A stretch of 64,000 bases of DNA from the NCBI GenBank assembly GCA_964016885.1, contig OZ024744.1, forward strand, positions 64,790,001 through 64,854,000, in the 5' to 3' direction. The notes beneath the pieces were generated by a model. The model saw nothing but the letters and a program-made list of their open reading frames with translations. It ran no database searches and was not told the DNA's origin. Below, in pieces: positions 38,075-51,198 of this stretch; the stretch's first letter is position 1; each line of letters begins with the position of its first letter. This stretch comes from Eledone cirrhosa. Its lineage: Eukaryota. The position numbers and the translations under genes are program-made.

Positions 38075-39195
38075 AATTAAGGTTCTTGTAAGTAGATGAG
38101 AACACAGAACCCAGATCCCCTCAGGGAAATGGCCTTGCTCAGTATGTAGGAAAGGTGTAGGTAGGAATTCCATCCTCTGCCCCAAATGCAAACAATGGGT
38201 ACACAAGAGATGTAGCGGCATCTCAGGAAGCTTAACTAAGAATGTAGGCTTCACATGTAGCAGCTGTGCTGAGACAGCAAGCAGCAAACAGCCACAGGTA
38301 CCACGAATCTCTGGGAGGGCTCTGTAGAAACAGTAGACAGCTTCTGCTACCTAGTTGACCAAATTAGCAGCAGAGGTGGGTGTTCGGAAAGTACAATAAC
38401 TAGGGTAAGAATGGGATGGAAGAAGTCAGGGAGCTACTGCCACTGCTAGCTGCAAAAGGCTTTCCCTCAAAATGGAAGGCAGACTGTATGATGCGTGTAT
38501 GCGAACGGCAATGTTACATGGTAGTGAAACCTGGGCGCTGTCTGTAGAAGACTTGCACAGATTAGAAAGAAACAAAGCTTGCATGCTCTGCTGGATGTGT
38601 AATAGTAATATACGCGAACGGCAAAGCATAAATGAATTGAGAGAGAGCCTGAGCATAAGAGGAATCAAATGCAGGAGAGGAGGTTACGTTGGTATGGACA
38701 TGTGATGCATATGAAGGAGGACAGCTGCATAAAAAGGTGCGAAGCACTAGAAGTCGATGGAAGCCACGGAGTGGGGAGACCCAAGAAGACCTGGGATGAG
38801 GTGATAAAAGCCGACCTTACCCAATTGCACCTCTCAAGGGCAATGACACACGACTGTGACTTCTGGCGTCACACAGTAATACAGAAGACCCGTCTTCCCA
38901 CGAGAACAAACCGAAGCTGAAGCATATAGAAAATATGCCCCCCCAACTGCAAAGTGGCCGTAGAGGTGCCACGGCAAAAAAGCACCCAGCCCACACTGTA
39001 AAGTGGACGTGTAAGGGCCACGGAAAAAAAAGCACCCACCACTCACTGTAAATGAGGTTGGTGTTAGGAAGGGCATCCAGCTGTAGAATTCAAGCCAGAA
39101 TCAGTTCTTGTATGAGCAAGACAAGGTCAGCCGACCGTCTAACCTATGCTAGCTTGGAAGAACGGACGAAAAACGGTGATGATGATGATGATGAT
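38075..39195 (+). mobile_element. RTE LINE 3' portion (PHD region, C-terminus, 3' UTR)
   Basis: GKWPCSVCRKG..CPKCKQWVHKRC; GRLYDACMRTAMLHGSETW; RLRWYGHV; GRPKKTW; two 48-bp units; (GAT)n tail. Confidence 0.88.
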
Positions 39196-39319
39196 TTATT
39201 TCTCAATGATTGAATTCCAAATAAATATTGGAAAGTAATGTTTTGAAGAAAATTCCCAAGCAACAACACATCAGAAGAAGTTAACCAAGACTCCAATTTT
39301 AAACCATTATTATTATTGA

Positions 39320-39508
39320 ACGGTGGATTGGCAGTATCGGTAGAGGCTCAGACGCCCTGCTTTGCAGCAAAGAGTTACACCTCTTTATGGTTTGAGTTCA
39401 AATCCCGCCGAGGTTAACTTTGCCTTTCATCCTTACAGGGTCAATAAAATAAAGTACCAGTAATACACTGGGATATTTGCTGGCCTTGTGCCAAAAGTAG
39501 AAACAATT
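39320..39508 (+). mobile_element. SINE copy
   Basis: Family match; TSD-like CATTATTATTATTGAAC / AATTATTATTATTGAAC. Confidence 0.88.
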
Positions 39509-39672
39509 ATTATTATTGAACAACAACCAATTATTACACTACATCCAACACAACACCAGCATCACAGAAAAAGACTATACAACAGCCCCAAAATTCACAC
39601 CAACCCCACACATACAAATCACTCACATTATACAGAAAACACACAACACTAAAATTAAAATTCCCAAGGACA

Positions 39673-42600
39673 TTGGAGACTTCCGACAAACACTTTCCAG
39701 GAGGATTTATAAAGACATCCTTCTGGAGGGGGCCACAAACAGTGAGAAGGACGGAAAAAAACCATCCTTCCTCCAAAAGAAGTGAGGTAAGTGGTCTTTC
39801 CAATCTTTTTCTACTCCTTTTCAACATGACCTTACTCAGAATAGGCAGCATAAATGCGCATGGCTTGGGGTTGTCATGGAAGCAGGGCCACCTGCTCAAC
39901 GACCTCAGGTTACTAGACATAGATGTGGTGGCCATCAGCGAGACCAGAATCTCCGAAGCATGAGCCTTCGCACTGATCTTCGGCAGCTACGATGTATACG
40001 CATCTCCCAGCCGTCCAGAATCGGGGGGGAGGGGTTGCTGTGCTTTTTCAGAGAGGCTTGGATCTCAGCATACGGGCCATCTTCCTGGACCAAGAAGGTA
40101 AGTTGGTGGTGCTGGACGTGACCAGCGGAGATGGGCAAGGTTTCAGGCTAGTGGAGGTCTATGCCCCGACTGGAGCAGGCTGGCCTGATTTCTTCCAGCG
40201 TCTAGAGACCTTTCTTGGAATGTCCCGCCCTTTAGTGTTAGTGGACGACTGGAACTGGGTTCTTAGATGCATGCTGGGACTGTGCGGGATTAGCGGATAG
40301 GGGAGGAGGGTGTAAAAGCCTCGCAAACCTGCTCAGAAGGTTTCCACTGTCTGACAGGTACCATCTGGATTTCCCGAATGTACCAATGTGGACTTGGACA
40401 AACCTCATCGGGTCATTCACATCATATCTAGATAGGGTATTTTGTAGAGAAATAGACAGGTCTAGCATAGGCTGTCCACAATTCAAGATAGTCAGCTACA
40501 TGGACCACAAATTTGTGATCTGTGAGGTTGACTTAGATAGGCTTCATAGACGGACCCGGCTACTGGAAGCTAAACGCGTCGTTAACAGCGTGCAAGGCCT
40601 ACAGAGACCGGATTAGCCAACTAGTTAAGCGGGCATTGACGGGGGCCATCATCAACAACAAATGGTGGTTTGCTCTGAAAAGAGCGATTAGAATAGAGTT
40701 CATTAGGTTTAGTAAGGCTTTAGCAATAGAGAAAAATAGAGCAGAGGGAGAACTAGTTAGAAAATTAGATGAGGCGCTTAGTAAAGGCATCGCGACCAAC
40801 GTGCTTGTGGCGAAATTGGCCCTCGACCAATTCTTCAATGCAAAGCACGAAGGCTGCGTTGTCAGAGCTAGGGTGCGTGCTCTCAGACACGAGGGGATGA
40901 AAGCCGTTCGATGGGTCCGAGTGGCGGAGGCGCGTCGTGGAAATAAAGCCAAGATCTGGTCATTGGTAGACCACGATGGGCGCATGCTACTCGATCCCGA
41001 GCAAATGTGTGGAGCTTTTCAGCTTTTCAGCAACACTTCGCCCAGTTCGGGGGCAGTGGCGGACCGGATCGAGGGATGGACTTTAGTGTCTACCTCGATG
41101 GACTGCCGCGGCTCTTGGCCACTGAGGCGGAGTGTTGCGAAAAGCCGATAACAGCCGCTGAAGTACGGGAAGCAATGACAGGCTGCACAAGGGGTAAATC
41201 GCCTGGTTTGGATGGTCTGCCCTACAAACTTTATATACACATGCCAGACTTATTCGGAGGCCTCTTGGCGGACGTCTACTGCAACTGGCAGCAGAACGGG
41301 AGAATTCCCAGCTCTGTGAGCCGAGGAGCAGTGGCGCTGCTGAGAAAGGATCCAAACAAAGGGGATAACATAGATAATTTCAGGCCCATAACTCTGCTAA
41401 ACACAGAGTTCAAGATTTTGGCCAAGATGCTAGCAAAGAGGTTGGCGCTTGTCATTGGCAGTCTGATGGGAGATGCGCAGAAATGCACCATCCCAGACAG
41501 ATCCATCCATGACAACCTCCACCTCATGCGATACATCATGGAGAGGGTAGCTAGGGAACCTGGTACGGGTGGGTCCTTGATCAATTTAAGTCAGTCGAAA
41601 GCTTTCGATAGGGTCGACCATCATTACCTAGCGGCAGTCCTGAGGGCGGCTGGCTTTGGGCTCATCTTCAGAGGCTGGATCTCTGCCATGCACAACAACA
41701 TCTGCGCTGTGGTGAGAGTGAACGGTCACCTTTCATAACCGTTCAGCATCATGCGCTCGGTCCGCCAAGGATGTCCCCTCTCATCCCTGTTGTATGTATT
41801 AACTCTTGAGCCATTACTGCACAAACTGGAGATGTTGAGGGGGATCCCGCATGAACTGGGATGCGGAAAATCCGTGTCAGCATATACAGACGATGTTACC
41901 GTAGTGGTGTCGAACACCAAACACATTGAGGCGATCGGCACTACACTAAGAGAATACGAGGCGGTGACAGGAGCAATGATCAGCCAGGAAAAGTCGGTGG
42001 GCCTGCAGCTTGGCACCTGGAGAGGCAGGTCCATGCCATCCAACAGCGTCATCGGGTGCTGGACAGACGGACCGGTTAAATTGATAGGGGTCTGGTTTCG
42101 TCCAGACCTCTAGATGGACAAAAACTGGGACGAGGTGATGAGCAGGGTGGCTTCTCTCACCCAGAAATGGGTAGAGAGGAAGCTATCCCTGAAATGTTGA
42201 GAGGAGGTGGCGAATGCATACATCGCGTCCATCATCTACTACCGCCTGACCATCGTGCCTTGTCCTAAACCTCACCTGACTGCGCTGGAACGTTTGATTT
42301 TTGCTTTTTGTAGAAGGGACGCGCTCTGATGGTCAGGCGGTCCATCTGCTGAAAACACCCACTACGTGAAGGGCTGGGCATGCCGTGGCTGTTGATGTGC
42401 AAACACACGCTCAGGTTACAACATTTCCACTCTCCCTTGATGGTGATAAGGTGTGGTCAGCTCGTCTCCTTGACAGAGCTGCAGTCCTGGGTCAAACAAA
42501 GACCAAGAGGGAGCGCTTGGAGACTGGAATGCCTTCAGGCGCTCACAGCCCTCGACCAGTCGGGCAATGTGATCAGTGGAAATTCCACCTCGGCGTTCTA

Positions 42601-44260
42601 TAGAGGATTATTGGAGACGAAGAGCGACAATGTACTAGGGGAGACTCTGGGCATCGACGAAAATCAACTAGCCAATCTGTTCGGGAGAACTTTCGGGCTG
42701 GGGCTTATGGACAACGTCCAGAAATCCCGGCAATGCTACCGAGAAGCTTTGCCAGTTCGGGATAAACTCTACAGGCATGGAAGTGCCGTCAGCCGGGCAT
42801 GTTGAGATGCGCTCAGGGGGACGAAACCATCCTGCACACACTCGTCCAGTGTCCGAGCATTGCTGACTTGTGGGTTTATGTTGAACAGCTGCTGTCGCAT
42901 GTAGGACGGATCCGGCTATCAGCTGAGTCCATCGTGAAGATTGCCTTGCCCTCTTCCTTTAGCCTGGAAGGGTAGGCAGAAAAACTGGAACGAGGTGACG
43001 AGCAAGGTGGCCTCCCTCACCCAGAAATGGGCCGAGAGGAAGCTGTCCCTGAAAGGCCGGACGGAGGTGACGAATGCGTACATCGCATCCGTCATCTGCT
43101 ACCGCCTCACTGTCATCCCTTGCTCCGGCCCAACTCTCACCAAAATGGAGCGCCTCCTCTTCCGCTTTTTGTGGAAGGGACGCGCTCCCATGGTCAGACG
43201 ATCCATCTGTTGTCAACACCCGCTGCGTGGAGGACTGGGCATGCCATGGCTGATGATGTACAAACATGCACTGAGGCTGCGACATCTCTGGTGTTTCCTT
43301 GACAGTGAACGGGTGTGGTCACCATTCGCCAGGCACGTTTTCCCACAGCTTGTCTCCTTGACGGAGCTGCAGTCCTGGGTCAGAAAAAGACCAAGGGATA
43401 GCGCTTGGAAACTGGAATGTCTCCAGGCGCTCACTGCCCTCTGCCAGCTTGGCACCAGTATCGGTGGTAGAGGCGTGACGTGGAAACAAAGCCACAATTC
43501 AATCCTTGCCTGACCAAAACAGGCACATGTTACTTGAACCCGAGCAGATGTGTGAGGCTTTTCAGCAGCACTTTGCTCAACTGTTTGGGAGCGGCGCCAG
43601 GCCAGATCGGAGTATGAACTTCAGTGCATACCTCGACGAAACTGTTGTGCACGCACTCATTCAGTGTCCGAGCATTGCTGACTTGTGGTGCTATGTCGAA
43701 TATTTGCTGTCACGTGTAGGACGGATCCGGTTATCGACTGAGTCCATTGTGCAGATAACCCCGCCGTCCTCATTTAAGGAGGAGGAAGGGCAGGCAGTTT
43801 TCATCTGCCTGGTGGCCATGGCGAAGGAGATTGTATAGTGGACAAGGTTGAAAGGATTGAAGATGGACACTTTCCTCTTAGGCGAATCCCTGATTAACTT
43901 TTTCAAATTTCACTTGAAGAGGAAAATCAGGGTGGAGAGACAAGTGCAGTCTTCTAGTAAGTTTGTTGAAAGGTGAGTGAAAGTGGCGAGTCTGGTCCGA
44001 GTGAATGGGCCCGCTCTGAGTGTGCGCCTGTAGACTGAGGAGTGGAAAACTGAGAGAGGGCGCTTGCCCTGGTAGTCAGGGTGGCCATGGTCTTTTGTGT
44101 GGTTTTCGCCACGGGTGACCCTCGGAAGTTTCCCTCCTATTGGGGAATTTTTTTGATATTCCTATCTTCTTGTTGTAACCTTTTTTACACGGCCAAAACG
44201 CACTTTGTATCGTTCTGTGCCGTTTGTAATGTTTTTCTTCATGTTAGCCCTTTCAAATGC
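39673..44260 (+). mobile_element. Tx1/L1-clade LINE (APE endonuclease + RT + Zn knuckle), decayed and internally rearranged
   Basis: IGSINAHGL..VAISETRI, VYAP, SYLDRVF, DHK; GKSPGLDGL, FRPITLLNTEFKILAK, QSKAFDRVDH, RQGCPLS, YTDDV; ET..H.L.QC; multiple stops and frameshifts. Confidence 0.9.
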
Positions 44261-44489
44261 ATCCACCACATGGCCTTTTTTGCTGTGACCTTCCTGGTTA
44301 AAAGAAGGCAGCAGGACAATATTCACTATGGGTTCACCTGATAGCTGGGTCCACCCTATGTGTGACAGCAGGTGTTTGGCATAAACCCACAAGTCAGCAA
44401 TACTTGGATATTAGACAAGTGTGTGGTTAAATCTTGACAAATTCTCATGAAAAGTTAACTTACTTTTATAATTTTATAATAAAAACCCA

Positions 44490-45708
44490 CATATGATCTC
44501 TGAGTGGCTGGTCAGTAGCAACACTTTCTTACTCCCTAAAAATGATGAAACCAAATCCAAATCCAAATCCAGGGCCTTCTCACTCATGTTGGAAGAACCC
44601 TCCCTGGTTGACCTCCACCACTTCCTATCTTTGGCTACACTGGGCCATGAGGGGCTGAGGTATCGGGTCAGATCGTCTCACCCTCATGCCCTCTAGTTCT
44701 TTTCCACTCTAATAGTCCACCTGCTGTCTCTGAAACGAGAGACGTGACCAGCCCATCTAAGTTTGCCCTTCTTGATGGTCTCAATTGTATCCTTCATTCC
44801 AGTTTGCTGTTGAATTCAGATGTTGCTCTGCCTGCCATGTGTGGTGATGATGAACATGGTTCACTCCATATCATGTTAGGTCACAACTAAATGAAACCAA
44901 AACCACCCAAAATTTTAGATTTATGATATGCCAACAGCAATGGCCAACAGCGATGTACAAAATCTTTACATCTATTCTAAAGCACTTTCCTTGTCAACAA
45001 CAATATTTTTCCAGATGAACAAAAAAGATGTAAACACGATCCATTCAGATGTAAGACACCAACTTTTAATCAACAAAATGATCCTTGAAGATTGTCACAA
45101 CAGGTACAAGGCCTTTCATAGATTTTCTCACAACTGAATAGAAGAATGCCTTAAGATATTCAAAATCTCACCAGGAAGTTTTTATCACATGTCATGAATC
45201 TTTGAAAGACGACATTAATTCTTAACACAGGCACCTCGACCATCAACTCTTGAGATGTCAATATCAGGTGTGGCATCTTCCAAGGGGACTTACTATCACC
45301 TTTATTATTTTTCTTGGCAAAATTATTAGCAACCAACAATTTTATATTAGATAAGGGTATCACGATAAAAGAATTAACACCAGAGGTTATAAGTATCTAA
45401 ATGTTTGTGAGGGAGGCAGAATTAAGCATTCACTGATGAGAGAAAAATAAAAAAAGGATGTTACCAAAAAGTTAAAGCTATTCTGGAGAATGAATTTAAT
45501 GCTAGAAACAAAATAGAGGCCATTAATACACTAGCCATACCAGTAATTAAATACAGCTTCAATATTATTAACTGGTTACTATTGGAAATGAGCAAAAATG
45601 ATGTCAAAATGCAAAAGCTACTGACAATGCACTGTTTAGATCAGCCCAAAGTGAATGTACATTACTTGTATTATCCCTGGCAATGGGTTAAATCAACTTC
45701 AACTGTCA
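44490..45708 (+). pseudogene. Decayed R4/Dong-clade LINE RT fragments
   Basis: TFLLPKNDET, QLLINKMILEDC, GIFQGDLLSPLLF, NARNKIEAINTLAIPVIKYSFNIINW. Confidence 0.7.
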
Positions 45709-45912
45709 ATTAACCCCTTTGCATTTACAATACTCTGGTAAAAGCTTTATTTCACATAATATCTCACATAATATCGAATTTATGAGATTTTGATGTTACT
45801 TATTTTGAGAACAATACCCTAACATCAGTATGAGTGGCCAGTTACAGCCAGTTTAAACAGAAAGAAGTGAGAGAATTCTGACCGGATATGGCCGGTTTAA
45901 ATGCTAAAGGGT

Positions 45913-46308
45913 TGTAGTGACCTATGTTCCTTGGGCGCAATGATACATTCTCCGTGCGTTATTTGGCTCAGCTCAGCCAATCGCTGCCAGTGGAGGAGAA
46001 TGTATCTCTACACGCCCTGCAGGAAAAATTCCCGTGTCAGCTCAAGAAATCTGCCTCTTGCAGCTTTGACCGTGGAAAGGTAAACAACTTTTTTACTTTC
46101 GCCGTGAAATCACTAGCCAATATGTAATACGACAATATAACCACGGCCTGGCCAACACCTCAACCAGTAGACCGTACCTTCTGAAATCTTAATTCATTTG
46201 TTTCATTTGTTTTGGCATGCCAGCTCTACTCAGCTCAATTTATGTAAATAAATTACATAAAAACATCATAAAGTCTTGTGTTGTTATTAACACACCTTTC
46301 CAGTTACA
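45913..46308 (+). mobile_element. Probable solo LTR (~400 bp)
   Basis: TGTAGTGA...CAGTTACA ends, CCAAT box, AATAAA near 3' end, GC-richer than flanks; no TSD found. Confidence 0.45.
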
Positions 46309-47985
46309 ACGAATACAACATCATGATAATTCTTCTTGGTGATATTACTATCATTACACATATTCCTGCTAAATTGGTGACTATTATTTAAATACCGACC
46401 CTTACGGGGTGGATAAAATAAAGTACCAGCAATGTACTGGGTAATTGCTGGCCTTGTGCCTAAAATAGAAACAATTATTTAAATACTGCTAAATTGTATG
46501 AACGCACAAAATAAATCAGCCTTTCATGTTATTTCTAAAAGAGTAGTAAAAATATATATATAATAACCAATCTTCTAAAGAGTTAAGACAGATACTTTTG
46601 GCATTTTTATGTACATAGAACAAAGGATTGAATGTGAAAATGGTGTTAAACCATGGAAAGTCCGAAAAGCTACACATAGAGTGGAAAATAAGAACCTTCA
46701 TGAAATGCATTAGTAGGTCCAAAATTCAATGAAACAAATGTTTCTTCTACTGAAATGGTTTAACAAATAAAGAACAGAGTAAAACAAATCAGCCTGTGAC
46801 ATACTAGGGGAAAATAGGCTGGAAAAAAAGCTACTGCATGGCAAATGCCCCAACTGAGTCAGTAATCAGCAAAATATTGTTTTCTGTCTTCAAGGAAACC
46901 AATAAATGAAGAAAAAACAAAAATAAAACAAACAAAAGCAAAAGTAACAACAGAAATGGTGAAAAAGATAAAATTTAAATTGAAAACAAATCTCCACAAT
47001 GGCAATAGAAACTCCTACATGGTCAACTTTGCCTTTCATCCATTCAAGGTGGATAAAAAAAAGTACCAGTCCAGTACTGGGGTTGATTCTTCTTTTGTAT
47101 CTCTTTCTCTTCTTATTTCCATTCTCTCACCCTTTCTATCCTTCTCTGGAAGAAATGTGCTGTATTCAAACTTGGAATGGAGATGGGCTCTGCCAGGTTT
47201 TAAAATGCCCTAGAAACACTGCATGTCACTACAGCACCCCTTTGACTTCCCCAGGGGTTATGGGACCATACATACATGGCCAATACACAATCACAATGAT
47301 ATTCACCTCTGTCCAATTTTTCCATCTTCACACGTATGTTACCCGATTTTCTGAACTATTATTTATAGTGGTCAACTATTATTATGGTCATTTGTGGTGG
47401 AACACTCACATTTCAAATACTATACAGAATACTATTCTTTACTGTATTTCAAACCTTTACTTATTGCTTTACGTTGAACAATACATAAGTAACTATTTTT
47501 ACTCCACAACCAACAAAAGTAAACTATGCTCTACAATAAATGGCAGTAGTGGGAGAGGTAAACTGACATGTGAATTATCCCCACCAAAAATACTTTATTT
47601 CCAAAGAGAAGAAACCAGAGCATTTTTCTGTGAGAGTTCCTTATACTCCGAAGAATGGGATTTTATGTCTTGAAATATTAGGACAAACAGAAACAACAGC
47701 AACAAAAGAAAAGAAAAAAAAACAAAACAAAGATTTCCAGGTAACTAAACTTTTTGTTACCTTCATTTTACTGTCCATTTTGCATTGTTTAACCTTATAT
47801 CTCTTTCCACATTAATGTATATTATATTTTACTTACAGTAATATTATATATAGTTATGAAGTTTGATTTGCAATAATTAGGTTTGATCCCACTGCACGGC
47901 ATCTTAGAAAAGAGCTATTTACTATAGCTTCATGTTAACCCATGCCTTGAGAGTGAAATTATGTTGATGGAAGCTGTATAGAAGC

Positions 47986-48272
47986 CAGAGCCATAACTAG
48001 TGAAAATGGCGCCTATGGCAAGAAGTGAAATTGCGCCCCTGCCCAGCACTGTATTTTTACCTATGGGCCTAACAATTTATATAAATGGTTAAAAGATCCA
48101 GCCACCATAGTATTCTCACCCATGATAATCAAAGACAGATTGTACATCTGAAGAAGTTTCTGTTTTAACTTTCCGACAATAGCTTATCTGATTTAATAGA
48201 AAGTGCTCCTAATCCAAGTGGGGCCTCCTTTATGGCACATGCCATACTTGCCATACTCTAGTTATGCCTCTG
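47986..48272. mobile_element. Non-autonomous hAT-type MITE (copy 2)
   Basis: TIR CAGAGCCATAACTAG / CTAGTTATGCCTCTG; perfect 8-bp TSD ATAGAAGC. Confidence 0.9.
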
Positions 48273-48632
48273 ATAGAAGCCCATCGGTTGGATTGTGCTT
48301 GTAATTCAAAGGGCCAGCTTTATCACATACAGGATCTCCCTGAGAATTATGTTAAAGTTACACAAATCTGTGAAATGCTCAGTAACTTACACATTAATTT
48401 TAAGAGAAAGTTGTCCCATTGTTTGAACCAATGAATCACTCATCATTGAAAGTGATGATGGTCCATTCGATTCCATTCAATTCCATTTGATTCTATTCCA
48501 TCTCATAATCTTTTAAGTATTACTTTAAATTATTAATATTGCTTTGCTAGTATAAACTTAGCCTCTTTATTTAGAAGACCTTGACAAATGAAATAATAGT
48601 TTCTACTTTTGGCACAAGGCCAGCAAATGAAA

Positions 48633-48819
48633 TAATTGTTTCTACGTATGGCACAAGGCCAGCAATTACCCAGAGCATTACTGGTACTTTATTTTATCGA
48701 CCCCGTAAGGATGAAAGGCAAAGTTAACCTCAGCAGGATTTGAACTCAGAATGTCAAGGGCCGTAACTCTATACATCAAAGCATAGCATCCGACCCTCTA
48801 CCGATACTGCCAATCCACC
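48633..48819 (-). mobile_element. SINE copy
   Basis: Family match; TSD CAAATGAAATAAT; duplicated tail at 48596-48625. Confidence 0.88.
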
Positions 48820-49410
48820 AAATGAAATAATATTTCCTATTTGGTAACCCTGTTTTACCAAATCTAATGTATGGACATAAGATCAAATTCTTCATTATCT
48901 CTTAACACCTTGTAATTTCTGATGTAATGAAAGTGTTTTAAGACTGAACATTTTGAATAAAATTATGTTTCATTTCATCACACACATTGTCTGTTAATTC
49001 AAATGTTTATAATATCTTTACAAGTAGATAGATATTTGTGAAAATTTGAAATGCTAGAGTAAAAATGTTATTTTTAATGTGATGCAGTCATAGTGCTGGC
49101 TGGTGTCTATTTTTCAAGAATGTTTCGCTAATCTGGTTTCATGTGATACAAGGATGTTAAGCGTTAACTTACACAGAACCTTGAAGCATTAGAATAGGAT
49201 GCCAGTTTATATCAATTACTTCCATATGATTAGAACTGCGGTCATTTCAGTTAAAGTTAATGTTATAGACACTGTTATTTGATATTGGTGTTTGAAGTGA
49301 CAAGGTTTTCTCTTTTGGTGTCCTTTTTTTTTTCTTCCTGGTGATTAACATTACAGAAATAAATTACATGGAGTCATTTAGTAAACCTCTAATGAGTTTT
49401 AAAGGGACAT

Positions 49411-49477
<67 letters not shown>

Positions 49478-50149
49478 ATACATATTATATATTATATATA
49501 TATATACATATTATATATTATATATATATATATATAATATCTACATTTTCGATTACTTTTTCTATATGGTTTCAGAAATCTATGCAAAGTTAGTTGTATA
49601 CATTGAAAGCAGATAAATGAATTAATAGATGGATAGATGAATGCATTGGTAGATAGTTAGATAGATAAGTAGATGGGTAGGTGGATTGATAGATAGGTAA
49701 GTAGGAAGGTTGATTGGTGGGTAAGTAGTGTGATAGTGTGTGTGTGTGCATACATACATATATTTATATATATTTATAGGAAAATCTGCTTCGTAGAATC
49801 GAGACGTATCCGACGACCGCGCGATTTCAGAATCAGGTTTGATCCCCATATTGATCGTGCCTTGAGCTGGTCGCCCGAGAAACAATTGTAATATGTCCAA
49901 TAAATTCCTTTCGTCGCAACACTGATTCTCTTTTTTCTATGATATATATATATATATATATGATATATAAATCAGGATGGATTCAGTTTGAAATTGGTTA
50001 GACCATTATTCACCAGAGTAGTTGATACTTGGGGTACACACACACACACACACAAACACATATATATCATCTTCATAATTTAAACCCATTTTCCCTGCTA
50101 GCAAGAGTTGGGTGGGTCTTCTCAGACCAAGTAAGTGCTCAAACAGAGG

Positions 50150-51167
50150 TACTGACTTATATATATTCCAAACACCCTAACAATAGACTACCTGTATTAG
50201 ACACTGGAACTCTGGATTAACACTATAGACGAGAGAGCCCAAATTCTCCACTCACACTATGCTAAACCCATGACCTCCAAATACCTGATACTCAAAATCT
50301 CAGCAATGTCCAGTAGTGCTAAGTTTAATATTCTGATTGCAGACTTGGTACGAGTGATGAAGAACGTGTCCCGCATGTGCTACCCAACAGAAATGGAAAG
50401 ACACATCCAACACTTCATCAACCGCATGCAGTTCTCTGGCTACAACCAAAGAGACAGAGTCAGAGTATACAAAGGAGCCACAGAGAAGTATAAGACCCTC
50501 ATAGAACTGGACATGAAAGGAATTTGCCCATTATACAGGAGCAAATCATGGAATAGCTTAGATAGGGCTAGACATAAGATAGGGAAAGCCACCTCATGGT
50601 ACGACAACCAGAGATACCAGAGTGTCATGTTTGTGGATGCTACCCCTGGAGGGAAATTAGCTAACCAGTGTAGAAAGGACCTGAGAAAGACCCACTTAAA
50701 GATTAAGGTGGTAGAAAAGCCAGGAACCACCATAAAATCCCTGATCAGCAAAAGCTACCCTTTTAAGAAAACCCACTGTACTAATAGGAAATGAATCATA
50801 TGTAAGGTAAACCCCCCGGATAAACTGTAAAACTAGAAACGTAGTCTATAGCATAAGATGTACAGAGGGTACTTGCAGAAACATGACAACAACATACATA
50901 GGCGAGACAGTTCGTAGCATAGGTGAAAGGATAGACCAACACTGGGGGGAACTAAAAGGACGAAAAAACGGTTCAGCACTATACGAACATGCCAGACAAC
51001 AACACGACGGTAACATAGAAATTAGAATAATATCTAAACATAAAAATGACCCAGCATATAGGCAAATCAGAGAGGCCAGTGAAACAGAACTTAGAAGGCC
51101 AAGGCTAAACAGAAAAAATGAATGGAATAACAACACCCAAACAAACAACACTGACCTAAGAGAAGTA

Positions 51168-51198
<31 letters not shown>

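Noticed and set aside
46999-47673. 224-aa ORF
   Set aside because: Starts inside a SINE, runs through low-complexity sequence and has no recognisable domain
48462-48502. (CCATT)n satellite II/III-like sequence
   Set aside because: Only ~8 degenerate pentamers at the end of a SINE; a simple repeat tail
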